Below are positions 1-12,468 of a DNA stretch of 64,000 bases, piece by piece. Position numbers and translations under genes: made by a program. The stretch is from NCBI RefSeq assembly GCF_040938485.1, contig NW_027271059.1, positions 4,092,001 through 4,156,000 of the forward strand. The letters are read 5' to 3'. Origin of the DNA: Diadema antillarum. Lineage: Eukaryota. Under the pieces are notes generated by a model. It did not search any database, was not told the origin of the DNA, and worked only from the letters and a program-made list of their open reading frames with translations. The stretch's first letter is position 1, and each line of letters begins with the position of its first letter.

Positions 1-137
1 TTCCGCGCATTGAGTGTATTGATGGTCAACACATGCACAGCAATACTGCGCAATGTAGGTACAAGCATGTTATAAAGTACTCGAGAGACGGGATTTCAGG
101 TAAGCCTGCATTTAATTTTAATTTCTATTCAGTAAAT

Positions 138-907
138 GGGCAATTCCGCAGTTAGGTGGACATGACATGGATAAAAGAAATGTGCCTCTTTATCTTGCTC
201 TTTAATTTAGGTATCAACTAATGCCATGGATGTTCACCAATCACTAAGGTCTTTCAAATTCAGTAAATTTTATTTTTCGTATTTATTGATTTTGCAAGAT
301 CTAAAACCATCATTTAAAATGTACATGTGGGACTGGGGATGCTGAAATTCACTTAAATGCCAATTACAGTAGGTTGCTTTGAAATTTTTTCTTCAAATTT
401 TTGCTAAAAGGTAAAAGATGAATACATTTAAATACTCCAGAAGTCATGTGACATTTTGTCAATTACGAAAGGGTGAAATGACCTGCGGAATTACTCCGGA
501 CAAATGTAACGTTACTAACCGTAACGTTACTAACCATGCATTTGGGGTTCTAGCTAATAAATTATCGGTCGAACTGCTAAAAATATTTGCGTGAACATTT
601 GTCATGATGCAATAATTGAAATTAATGCAACACTTTGTTTGAAGTAACTTGAAATTTTGCACACTTTTTGTTACAAGACACTGATTTTTTTGTCATGTCC
701 TTTTTTCGTAACGTTACTAACCAGCCCTTTTAGTTGCCATAGCAATTCTAATATTGGATTGCACTCATTCTTTTCTATATCATAGACCTGGGAAGGATGA
801 ACATGTTTTAACATGATTTTGTCTAGAAATGAATAAATGGTGATTTAGTAGTAAAAATAAATATCTAAATTTCTTTAAATGTAACGTTACTAACCGCGGA
901 ATTGCCC
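138..907. mobile_element. Non-autonomous DNA transposon, 770 bp, possibly Sola-like
   Basis: TIR GGGCAATTCCGCAGTTAG (138-155) and CTAACCGCGGAATTGCCC (890-907), with AAAT on both flanks (134-137, 908-911). Internal GTAACGTTACTAACC repeats. The superfamily is inferred only from the 4-bp AWWT TSD. Confidence 0.75.
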
Positions 908-1268
908 AAATAAAAGAATAATTGGATTATAGTTTGGGTTTTCATGTACAAAATAAAACAGTTTTTGCCAACTGTGAATTCACAGTCGGCACCAATGGAA
1001 ACCGCGAAAGTATCTGTACGCGAAAGAAACCACTTTTACAGTAATTGGCACCTGGCAGCTACAGCATGAGACTATGAGTGGGACTTTTGAAAATGCCGCT
1101 GAATGTCAAAGAAACTGATTTGCTGACACAAAGTTTCTATGTTCTCTTCCTTCTTATTTTACTCAAATTGCATCTGATCATTGCTTCGTAAATGCAATTA
1201 TTTCACTGGCTTTTATTCAACATATGATAATAGGAGGACCACATTCTCTCTCACAAATGGGTCATTCC

Positions 1269-1570
1269 CAGAGACTCCAACCCTAAGCACCTTCTGATCG
1301 GGAGATTCTCCCGCCTGAAACCCCTAGCAAACGGGAGACTCCAATTTGATATGTGCGAAGTTCCTTGCTCTAGGGTTCTAGATGCTCTCTCGTGCTATCT
1401 AAGGCTTATTTTTTCAACATACAATGATATTAAGTAAGAAATCATTTCAAGCGGGAGACACAGAGCCCTGGCGGGAGAAATTAACTCTCAAGCGGGAGAA
1501 CGGGAGATTTTGCAAAAATGGGATTTCGGCGGGAGATCTCCCGTCGAAAACGGGAGAGTTGGAGTCTCTG
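1269..1570. mobile_element. MITE with CAG..CTG ends (hAT-like), 6-bp TSD
   Basis: Perfect 13-bp TIR CAGAGACTCCAAC/GTTGGAGTCTCTG. CATTCC is duplicated at 1263-1268 and 1571-1576. Internal GCGGGAGA repeats. Confidence 0.75.
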
Positions 1571-1939
1571 CATTCCATGGGGTTGGGCCTGCTCTAGATT
1601 TTCATGTTGTGCAGGGAATAAAAGTCATATTCTGAAAATTTTATCAAATAATTGCTTGTGGTTTGTGGTTATTCTTGGAGAGAGATGTGTGAAGAATTAT
1701 TTGATGAATAAAAAACAAGCCTGTGTACAAATTTATTTTGTCTGTGACTGTTTCATTGTTGATGTCTCATGGTTTTTTTGTGGTACCAGTTGTGACAAAA
1801 ATATATGCCATTTTCATGGCAATGTAATACAGAAATACACAACCTTTCAGCATTATGCCTATCATAATTAAGAGAGGCAAGGTGACTTCTACAAAGACTA
1901 TAAGGCACATAAACATGTGTCACAAAATAAGAACACCAG

Positions 1940-3435
1940 AGCATCTTGAAGCAACCTCATACCGATGTTACAAACGAAGTCCGCGGCGATTTTTGTTGTA
2001 ACATCGGTATTGCATGGTTTTACATACACTTATAATCATAATATGATCAGAAACTTGATTTCTATAATTAGACTCATATTTTAGGAGTATTATTGTCCAA
2101 AAATTAGCATCAAAAAGCTCCAAATAAAAGAGAAAACACAGAACATATTACCGTACTTCCGTCCGAAGTCCGGCCTCTTCGTGTAACATCGGATAAGAAA
2201 GTCGCGCTCGCGACAAAAAGAAGAGTTACTAACTTCAGCAATCGTATTTACGTCACTGGCAGTACTTCCCCAACGGCGGGAAGACCACTTACAGCCCGTT
2301 CACACCTACCTGGACGGCGCAAGACCCGTTTTTCTGCTGTAGTCCGTGTTACATCGGTACGTAAATTTCGATGTTTCCGATCGGGAATTTCAATGTTTCC
2401 GATGTCAATCAGTAAGCTTGTACGCTATTTTACGAAGTAAATAACTTTTGTCACATTTTGTAAACTGTATTGGAGGAAAAAAACGATATTAAAACCACTA
2501 AACTGGCCAAATATACGGTGGACGATGATGCTGTTAACACGCTGTAGTCCCACATACTGAGATATTTGTTACTTGTTCATGTTCGTAATTGTGATCGCCA
2601 AATTTCCCCTTTTATGCCCGTCTCTGCAAAAGGAGCATGTGTCCCTCTCTTAGAAAACCGTACAAAAGTATGTCCAGTGTATCTTCACGGCAATATAACA
2701 TCATTTTACCTCCCGATTCTTGTGAATTTTGGACCTTACTTATGTCATTCGTATCTACCAAGTAGATGTGCTGAACGTTAGTACGGTACTATGAAGTTGG
2801 AATACGTAGACGTCCAGACTGCGTCTGAGCTAAAGAAAGAGTTTGCCCAATTTTGTTGTTGATATTTTGGGAATTAAGAGCTGTTAGATTCTTTCTCTTG
2901 AACAGATTTACAATGTCAGTGTTTTCCTTTCAAGATTTCACTGACCTGTTAATAGTGTTAGATGGCTTTACGGTGCTCTGATGAAGCAGTACATGGGTTC
3001 ACTGTTTCCATTCCACGTTCACCCACTGTAAAGTCTCAAAGATAAAATGCCAGTTTCATATTCATTTTGGGTAGGTAATTGGTAGGAAATAGTTCCATAT
3101 GTACCGCAATCAAAATTGGCATTTTATAATATTGGTCTATCCTATCCTAAAAAGAGGGCAAAATTTTTGAATTTGATGGGGATTGAGTACCGTAAAAAAA
3201 AAGAAGGGGCCTAGTATTTTGTTTGAGGTCTATTTGGAATAGGACCGTAACCGTAAACCTAACCCTATCCCTAACCCTAGCCATGACACTGGGGGCAGCG
3301 CCCTGCCCTTGGCCTTGCTAGCTTACATAGATGTGGAAAAAAAAATTAGCATAGAATATTAAAATGATTTTTTACATGCTATATTATTATTAATATTATT
3401 AACATTACTGCTGTACATCATTTTAAGCGTAACCC

Positions 3436-3472
<37 letters not shown>

Positions 3473-4625
3473 GTGGATGGTACACATGGAACTGTAGCCA
3501 ACTGGTATGACAAGAGGTAGAAAGGTAAGCAAAATTGTCCAAATTATTTAATTCCATTCATATACACAGATACATCAACAGGAATATAAAGAGTACACAG
3601 ACACAAATTTTCTGTTAATTCTTTCATTTTATTTCTCTTCACACCTTTTGTCCAGTTTGTCGATGAATCTGCCATGGATCCTCCTCTGCCGCCGCTACGT
3701 GATTAAACTACGTGAAAGAGTGAAAAGGGCACAGCCACAGCACTCCACAAACAGAGAGAGGAAGCTGACAAAGCAACACCAAAGAAGAGCGAACATAACA
3801 AACTAGACAAAAAGAAAACTGCACGGAGGGAAAATGGACATTGTAGAAAAGAGCAGAAATTAACTTCAAACAAAGAACATGGAGAAGACAAGAAAACTTG
3901 TATGATTTCTCTTTATTAGTTTTCATAGTTGACTTGACAGTTGATGAAGTTGTTAGTCAGAGTATATAAGGTCAAATTGTGTAAGGCTCGACATCATTCT
4001 TCTTCTTATTATCAAGTCTACCTTCTTTCATACCAGAGTTACAAAGAATTGAAGTCTGTGTAACATAGGTATTGTTCCAAAGGTATACAGCAGGTATAAT
4101 TCCAAAGAACTGTTACATTAGTGTTATTCATGGGAACATACATAAAGTCTATGTGTGTAGGTTTTAACATCCGACACCACAACAAAGGAAATCAGTTGAT
4201 ATGTCGTAATGTACCTATGTTACGAAGACATACTGTCCGTGTAACATAGGTAGTATACTGTGGACAAGGTTGTAGTACGAAAACCCCTGATGATAACAAT
4301 AAAATCATGTTTTCACTTGAATGTCCATACAACTCACTTGCCTCGACTGTAGTTTTTTAGAGATTGTTGTTATTGTGTCACTCTTGAGGAAAAAGTTAAA
4401 CCTTTGGTTAAAATTGTAAATGGTTTGTAGAAAAAACATGTTAATAAAAGTGTCTTGCAGTTGATATCAGAATGGACAATCTTACTAATAATGATCTCAT
4501 GTGCCTGTCAGATAACATGTTGATGTGTTATGGTGGAAAAAAACTGGGATATGTTCGTTGTTATCATTTCAGAACACAAAATTATTGAGGATGTCACAAA
4601 ATGAAGTCCATGTAACGTAGGTATT
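1940..4625. mobile_element. Probable decayed DNA transposon with subterminal ACC(G/T)ATGTTAC motifs
   Basis: The motif recurs in both orientations near 1960, 1997, 2182 and 2346 (CGATG variant) and near 4058, 4212, 4240 and 4611 (CTATG variant). Exact ends and TSD not resolved. Confidence 0.4.
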
Positions 4626-4889
4626 TGTCTTACCTGTTTACCCATGCTGACTGAAAGTGTGCGAAGTAATAAACAGATTTCTAGTGGAATAAGTTGAAGA
4701 ATGGGAGTAACAAATCAGGGGGAAAAAGAAAATTTCAATTTACCCAACTTGAATTTTCAACTTGTATGTCACAATTTCAGTCCCAACCCCATGTAATTAC
4801 CCAAATATTAGAATGACTGAAACACACATTCCCTATGATGCAAAAAAAAAAACAACAACAACAACAACAACAACAACAAACAATCTTAC

Positions 4890-7800
4890 CTGGATATGGA
4901 TAACCAGCTGTATTCCTCATGGCGTTGTAGTTGCCGACCCAATTCAGGTGATGCACGGCACCGAGATGGTTGACCACCTTCACATATTGAGGATTGAGAT
5001 TCTGGAGCTCTCCGGTTGTTGTGGTCCACTCCTTCCCCAGCCCTCCAACGTAGAGGTGCTGGTCTTTGACAGCCATCCACTCTCCCTTGAACCCTGGGTC
5101 AAGGGTGAAAGGTGACATCAGAGGAAGTTGCAAGAAAAAAACAAGGAAAAGTAGAAATTACGCGGTGCGTAATATATGTCCCCGCCGGAAGTAGCATTTA
5201 GTAGCAAAATGTACAATATAGGTAAAAAATCAAGGTCAAAGGTCAAAGAAGTCAAAGGTCAAAATTCTGTGTAGAAGTTTTGAAGCTCTCACCTAGTGCC
5301 ATCACATAAAGGAAACAGAATCGAAATCGGGTTAGAAATGGTGAAGGAGTAGCATTTTGTAGCCAATGTACAATATAGGTCAAAAATCAAGGTCAGAGGT
5401 CAAAGAAGTCAAAGGTCAAAATTCTGTGTAGAAGTTTTGAAGCCCTCACCTAGTGCCATCACATAAAGCAAACGGAAGTGAAATCGGGTTAGAAATGGCG
5501 AAGGAGTAGCATTTTGTAGCAAAATGAACAATACAGGTCAAAAATCAAGGTCAAAGGTCAAAATTCTGTGTAGAAGTTTTGAAGCCCTCACCTAGTGCCA
5601 TCACATAAAGCAAACGGAATCGAAATCGGGTTAGAAATGGCGAAGGAGTAGCATTTTGTAGCAAAATGTACAATATAGGTCAAAAAATCAAGGTCAAAGG
5701 TCAAAGAAGTCAAAGGTCAAAATTCTGTGTAGAAGTTTTGAAGCCCTCACCTAGTGCCATCATATAAAGCAAACAGAATCGAAATCGGGTTAGAAATGGC
5801 GAAGGAGTAGCATTTTGTAGCAAAATGTACAATATAGGTCAAAAAATCAAGGTCAAAGGTCAAAGAAGTCAAAGGTCAAAATTCTGTGTAGAAGTTTTGA
5901 AGCCCTCATCTAGTGCCATCACATAAAGCAAACAGAATCGAAATCGGGTTAGAAATGGCGAAGGAGTAGCATTTTGTAGCAAAATGTACAATATAGGTCA
6001 AAGGTCAAGGTCAAAGGTCACGACTGAAATTCTGTGTAGAAGTTTCAAAGCTCCCATGTAGTGCTATCATATAAAGCAAACAGAATCAAAATTGGCTCAT
6101 AAATGACAGAGAAGTAGCAAATTGAAGATTTTGATCACACACGGACGCACACACGGACACACGGACGGACGGACGGACGGACGGACGGACACACGGACAC
6201 ACACACGTACGGAGCCCGTTTCATAGTCCCCTGCTCGAACTCGTTCGGCGGGGACAAAAAAGGTCATTCATTCAGCACATAATCATCTGTACCGGTACAT
6301 ATAAAATAGTAGCCAAAATTGGTTTTAAAAATACTAGGGGGGAAGGAGGAGGTCTTTACGAAAGTGCACACGGATGCATTTCAAATGACAACTTGTGTGG
6401 TGAGCCTATCATCACATTCCATCTAAAGTAAAATGATACACCTCGATTTCACAACCTGTCTCACTGATTTTTCTTTTCTTTTATCCTCATCACAAAGAAG
6501 AGATATCTTGGTACACGGTAACTGAATGTCATGGAAGTAGCACAAGTGAGAATGCTGCAATGTCAACTATGGGTACACCATTACGAAAGAAACTCTTTTA
6601 AATGTGACTGTATTAACGCACATGCTACAGGTTTGAAATCTGGCTTGGCTAATCTACTGCCTCCTTTGTCGAGCTGGGGATGTCCAAAACAAAGGGGTGT
6701 TGGCAGGTGAGGCAAGGTCAATGTTTAGAGCAGTGAGTGCTGAACGAGTTTGGCACAAACCCCATGGACCTCAGCCAGTGGTTAATTGTCACTGATATAC
6801 AAAATTCATATGATGGTACTAAGAGATAATAATTGTCAGAGCATTATGAGCAACCCCCCCCCCCAAAAAAAAAAGAAGAAAACCAACCAACAACAAACAC
6901 TAAAAATACAGACTTCTGAAAGCACCATCCATTGCATCAGTGTGCTGGGGCTTCATGCACAGTTTATATTCTGTAAGTGTAACACAATCAATCTGGCTCC
7001 TCTCCAGAAAATATAAACAAATGTCATTGAAAGGTCCTTCACACATTACATCACTTACAAAGGAAAAGTTGGACAAACTACAAGTAGTTGTTCAACAAGA
7101 GTGAATTCATGGATACGATTCACATCCATATTTTCAGATCAGAATTCTTGAGCAGCACATGTTATTTTACAGTATGTTTTTTTTGTTGTTGTTGTTAATG
7201 GGCCCCATATTACTCATGGGAAAGTTGATGTGGAAGTCTAAAATATACAATGAGATCTTTGCCTCCTTAAGAAAAAAAAATCAAAGTTTGGGAAAAAGAT
7301 ATTTTAAAGGATCATTTTTACATACAAGTGTGTATCATCCCCCCCCCCCCAAAAAAAAGCAGATATGTATTTTGACTGAACTGGAAAAAAAACATGGGCA
7401 TAAGCATTCTTATTTGGGAAAGTTTTTGCTATGCTCCCCTCCCAAATTTAATATTTTGCCATACACCACTCTAAGATATCCTTCCCTTGGCTTTTAAAAG
7501 ATGCACACAGGCGTGTACACACATTCGTTCTTGTTTTCATGACTTTCAGTGCAGTGCACATATTTCAACTTCAAGTGCTGTGAAACTTTGGCAAAAAAAA
7601 AAAAAATCATTGGGCCTATTATTGTTACAATCATATCATCACCTTGATTGTCAGTATTTTTAATCAGTTAAAGGGATGGTATAGTATTGGTGCTGGAGAT
7701 GATAAATTTGGCTTTTAACTTGTTGGGAGATACCAAGAGACCACTTATGACATAATACAGAGCATACCATTCTAAGATTAAGAAGAATTCAAAGTTTATT

Positions 7801-9928
7801 TGATGAAAATTGGTTTGGAATGACTGCAACATCCAAAACCAAACTAAATCAAAGTGATCCCAATAAAAGGTGGGCCCCACCTTTTATTAGTAGGATTGCT
7901 CTCTTTTATATCTCAGCCATTTCAAAACCAATTTCCAAAAAGGCAAAATACTAGTACTTAGCAGGGGCCGCAGAAGGGTGGTGGGGGGGGGGGGGGGGGC
8001 TGGGGGGCTGCAGCCCCCCCACACTTTTTGATCATGGGCAGCCCCCCCCCCCCCACTTTTTGATCGTGAAAAAAAGAAATAAAAAGAAAGAAAGGGGAAA
8101 AATCGGGGGAAAAGTCACACTACCCGAATTTCCCACAAAAAGTGTGCTTCAGATCACTTAATCTTGATTTCAAAAACACAAAAGCTCCGTACAGTGGGAG
8201 GGGGCATCCCCCTCCCCTTCTACCTCATTAGACTTTGTACATACACACACATGATGAACACGCGGAATAAGAGCTAAATGTCGTGATTTTGACATTAACA
8301 CTTTCCTGAAAAAAGTCCAAATTATTTCCATAGATATTTTTTTTTGGGGGGGGGGGGGGGGGGTGGGGGAGCTAGAAAAATATCCAAGTACCGGGTATTG
8401 CACTAAAAGTTTGCACCAGATTGCTGAATTTCAGGTCTGAAAATGTAAAATCACCTTCGTGTGGGAGGAGAAATATCCCTTTTGTATCCTATATGACCTA
8501 TACACCCTCGTGAGCATTCCTTTTCTGTTTGATTGCTTAACAGACAACGTTCATGAAATTAATTGTAACAATAAATCAATACAAGAGGTGTAAATGCTAC
8601 CACTTTATAGGCAAATTGTTCAATAATAATCCCCATCAAAATATCCTGCTACCTTAAACAAGTGGGGCCGTTTCAAGTCGATCAAAGACGGAAAAACATG
8701 CAGCAAATTGCACCATTTACAACATAAAAATGCAAAAAATTTTCATCGTGGGAGGGGGAACACCCCCCTCCCACGCCCTCGCCCCCGTTCCCTCCTCTTG
8801 CTCGGGCTCGGTCGCTTTGCTCCCTCGCATAGTAACCACCGCCCCTCCCAATATCACAAGATCATTATCCAGACTACGCCCGGTGCATCTAAGCGGGGGG
8901 TTTAAGTCGATAAAAGATGCAAAAAGATGCAGCAAATTGCACCATTTACAACATCAAAATGCAAAAAGTTTTTCCCGTGGAGGGGGAACATCCCCCTCCC
9001 CCTCGCATAGTAACCACCGCCCTCCCAAGATCACAAGATCATTATCCAGGCTACGCCGGTGCTTGCCATCCAATGGTAACTACCATGGCAACAATACTCA
9101 ACAGCCAATCAAAATCAAGAATTAAATGGAAGTTACCATTGGATGGAAGTTATCATTGGATGGCAAAGTTATCATAATTGTAACTTTTATGAAACGGGCC
9201 CCTAGAAGTTAGGTCTCAACCAAAACTAAAACAATCCCTTTAAACAATCATAGAAACTTTCCCAGTTTGTGACTTGATTGAGAAAATATATTTGCACCTT
9301 TTGTATTCTTGCCATCTCCGTCAGCAAGAATTGTCCACGGGTACACCTTGTCCCCGGCCACTTCGTAGATGATTCCCGTGCGGTCGTCCACAGTGTACAG
9401 CTTCCCATTGAAAGTAACCAACTCCGAGAGTTCCATGCCCCGCCCACCTTGGGAGAGCTGAGACTTCAACTTCACAGGAGTCTCCTCCAAGTCTACCGTT
9501 ATCTTGTCTCCATATGAGCTGATGGACAGCGTTCCTCTTCTGAGGTAGCTGAGCCACTGGTTTGCTTTGTCTGGATCTTTGTTGGTGGTGTCTGGGTCCG
9601 ATATGACGGCAATTTTGTATTTTCTGCCATCGACTGTTCTCTCGACCGCAGAAATAGGGTAAGTTGAATTGTACACCAGCGCTGCTGGAGCGGCTTGGAA
9701 TGGAAGATGGTTGTCCATATGATATGACGCCTGTGAACTTGGAAGAAGCAGATAGACTAGAAACAACAACATGATTACTACAAGGAGAACTGCAAATTTC
9801 GGTCGAATAAATGATGTCATGAAGCGTGTCCAAGGAGGAGAGGGAGCGCCTGCTGACTTGCTACCTGATGAGGAGCGTGAATCGAAGACCGGTGTTCTCA
9901 CGTAGCTAGCGCTGCTGGCATTCGGCAT
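4890..9928 (-). CDS. CANT1: Soluble calcium-activated nucleotidase 1 (apyrase family), 5' part; final exon not in window
   Basis: Exon 9928-9298 runs from MPNASS through a TM segment ([18 protein letters not shown]) to [39 protein letters not shown] and [11 protein letters not shown]. Exon 5093-4890 encodes [41 protein letters not shown] junctions are both phase 1. These motifs are those of the CANT1/apyrase family. Confidence 0.95.
5150..6260 (-). mobile_element. Helentron-type non-autonomous element (HINE/pearl-like) with internal ~158-bp tandem array
   Basis: Sub-TIR GTCCCCGCC (~5178) and GGCGGGGAC (~6247), terminal hairpins ATTACGC-GGT-GCGTAAT and CGAAC-TC-GTTCG, and a (GGAC)n microsatellite at ~6160-6200. 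About 6 tandem units with spacings of 157, 142, 159 and 159 bp. Confidence 0.8.
8664..9202. repeat. Composite repeat with an internal ~230-bp duplication and a Harbinger-like right end
   Basis: GGGGCCGTTTCA (8664) and TGAAACGGGCCCC (~9190-9202). The segment GCAGCAAATTGCACCATTTACAACAT..CACAAGATCATTATCCAG occurs twice (~8700-8880 and ~8930-9050). Confidence 0.45.
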
Positions 9929-10449
9929 GCTGTGCTGTGCCTGTGCCGCTGCTGAGAGGTCGAGTTTCTGAACAAATCTCTCGAAATCAGAACTCAGTGG
10001 ATATTGCACACGTGAAGGCAGATATGCCGGTAGTGTGCAAAGATATGTAATCTGGCTTGAACTTCACAGGGCAAAGGTTACTGGGGACGGATAAAGCTAT
10101 CTCGGTCAGATCCTGCCACGGTCCACGAACTGTTTTCTTATGGTCTTGTACATCGTAACACCACTACGCACTGCATGCATGCAATATCAACGAAGGTCGA
10201 CTACGTGTACGTGTCCATGTGTACCTTTCGGCTTTGCAAGGTATTAGACTGATTTTAGTATGATCTTTATTTACTGTATTTAAAATATGTTTTATCTTCC
10301 ATAAATATGTACTCAAAATAATACTAATATTATTAATATATGATTTTATTCTAATTAAAGACAAAAAATTCATTGTACGCTTGATTATATGGATTTTTAT
10401 TCTTTGTTGCTAAATCACTTACTAAAGAACGTTTAGCACAAGCCATTGT

Positions 10450-10860
10450 AATTAAAGGGACACACTGTGCAAGTGCAGTAGTGCAAACACCTGCATGCAT
10501 GCGGCGCTAGCGCTGCCACTGGGCGCTGCGTGGGCGCTACCCACCCGCAGTCGCCCGCGCGGCGCGGCGCTACAAGCAAAGTATGTTGCGACCATTAAAT
10601 GCGACCGATACGGGTGTTTCTCTGTAATAGGCTGTGCGAAGCGAAGCTTGTCTCGTCTAACACGATGTCGACATGATGTCTCTCGCTCGGACACGTTTTC
10701 TCCAATGCTGGCCAAAGATTGCATGGGTGAGATTTGGATGGAAATGGAGACAATGAGAAGAGAAAAGCTCAGTAAATAAACCATAACGCATCGGCGGAGC
10801 GGAGGCCGAGGGGAGTTAAGCTGGAGTCAGGCTGCATCGTCCTTTAGACCCACTAACTTA
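10450..10860. promoter_or_regulatory. Probable bidirectional promoter between CANT1 and TEFM
   Basis: GC/CpG-rich island in an AT-rich background, lying between the head-to-head CANT1 (-) and TEFM (+) starts. TSS not determined. Confidence 0.45.
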
Positions 10861-11129
10861 AATCCATGTAACGTTAGAGAGTTGTCTAGGTCCGTTAGGA
10901 TTGTATTAACTAGCTGCGACCACGCAACCCGTACGCAGGAGCGCCCCGGGGTCAACTTAGGATTGTATTTGTAATGTAGGGACGGGAAACGTGGACACGT
11001 AACAATAAGGATTCCCTACACTAAAAGTCTAGAGCTGGTCACTATATGCACTAGAAACATGTCTTCTACTAGATCTAGATATCTATGAAATATAAGATTC
11101 TAACGTTACTAGACTAGTCTAGCTAGTTA

Positions 11130-11250
11130 GTTGAAATAATTTATTACAGGAAAATTGAGCAAAGAAAATAGGATTCCATCGCCATCGGGATTCGAACCTG
11201 AGACCTCCGGAGCTAGCCCGGTGCTCTACCAACTGAGCTATAGAAAGCCC
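11130..11250 (-). mobile_element. tRNA-derived SINE head, with a partial second copy at ~11480-11555
   Basis: On the minus strand, A box TAGCTCAGTTGG (11229-11240) and B box GGTTCGAATCC (11188-11198). The acceptor stem does not close as in a true tRNA. The body is repeated at ~11480 and ~20210. Confidence 0.7.
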
Positions 11251-12468
11251 TAGTTCAATGTTCGTCCCAGAATTTAAGAAACCCTAAATCTCAATGCTCG
11301 AATGGTTGGAAGCTATATAGCAGTGTGTTTGTGTGTGACACACACGTACACACTTGAACCTGGCATAAACCCGAGGGATAATTCAACTTGGGGATAAATG
11401 CGAGGGATCACCGAAGTGATGCAGCTTTTTGAGTATGTAACAAAGGCAAACAGAAAAATTGACCAGAATGAATATTATTTATTTGACAGGAAAATTGAGC
11501 AAAGAAAATGGGATTCCATCGGGATTCGAACCCGAGACTTCCGGAGCTAGCTAGTTGAAATTATGGCTGCCTATTAAATATCTGGCTTTGTATTTACCTT
11601 TTTGCTTTATCAGTTGCTGTTTGTATTTGTGAAATTGTAATCCACATGCACGAAATCTGCATTGCCAATAGCCCGACGTCCCTGTTCGCCAGCACGGCTT
11701 GTGTACAGCGACAGGGCTGTGTATACATGTAGTTACATTGCCAAATGCCATTGAGCATTTGCATTGCTACTATCTAGACTGCGACCAAGGGAGGTGATTT
11801 AGAGAAGAAGTGGATTCTCTTCTCTTCTACTTTGTGCAAATTTATGCATAGGCTCTAGCGTTCCACTGGTTTTTATGCTCTATGCCAGACTATACTCCAA
11901 GCGGCTAGCCGCTGTTCTAATGGTTTTGATATGCAGACCAAATAAGAGGTTCTTGACTTTAACAATGTTAACCTGTTTTATTTCAGAGAAAATGTTGAAA
12001 TCCTGCGTGTGGAGCTTTTTTTTTTCGGTGAATGTTACAGAACCAATCAGGATTTCAGTTTTTCTTCATATCTTCTTATCAATACCTCTGGACTGACGAA
12101 GGAGATAGAATAATATCGCATTATTAAAAAGTGAGCAGTTTCCCATTTTGCGCATATTCATGAATACATTACACGGATTAAGTATTTGGCTAATCATTTC
12201 CTTGTGTTTAATAGCATTTTACAAGTAAAGAAGTACATTTTTTTTCCGAATTTTTGAGTTCATGTATTCTCAAGTAGGACATATTCTCAAGTAGATATTC
12301 AAAAGGAAAAGCAGAATCTCTTTACCTTGGTGTGACTGGCTGACATCTGATGTGACCTTCACTTATTTGAAGATTTTCATCATTTTCAAAAGAAATTTTG
12401 AGAGTACATCCTGTGTTTCTGTATGATTTACATGTTCCTACAAATGTACAATATTGTAACCTACAGTG

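Noticed and set aside
1-4889. Final CANT1 exon (expected YMIHES..W.FLPRR..YEG.EF)
   Set aside because: Not found in this interval on the minus strand. It presumably lies left of the window, so the gene should not be called truncated.
5230-6120. CRISPR-like regularly spaced repeats (also 48839-49841 and 42050-42770)
   Set aside because: The whole units are homologous with no unique spacers, there are no cas genes, and the context is eukaryotic. These are satellite arrays inside transposons.
11180-11250. Possible tRNA gene
   Set aside because: The A and B boxes are present, but the acceptor stem does not pair, and the body recurs as fragments elsewhere. This is a SINE head.
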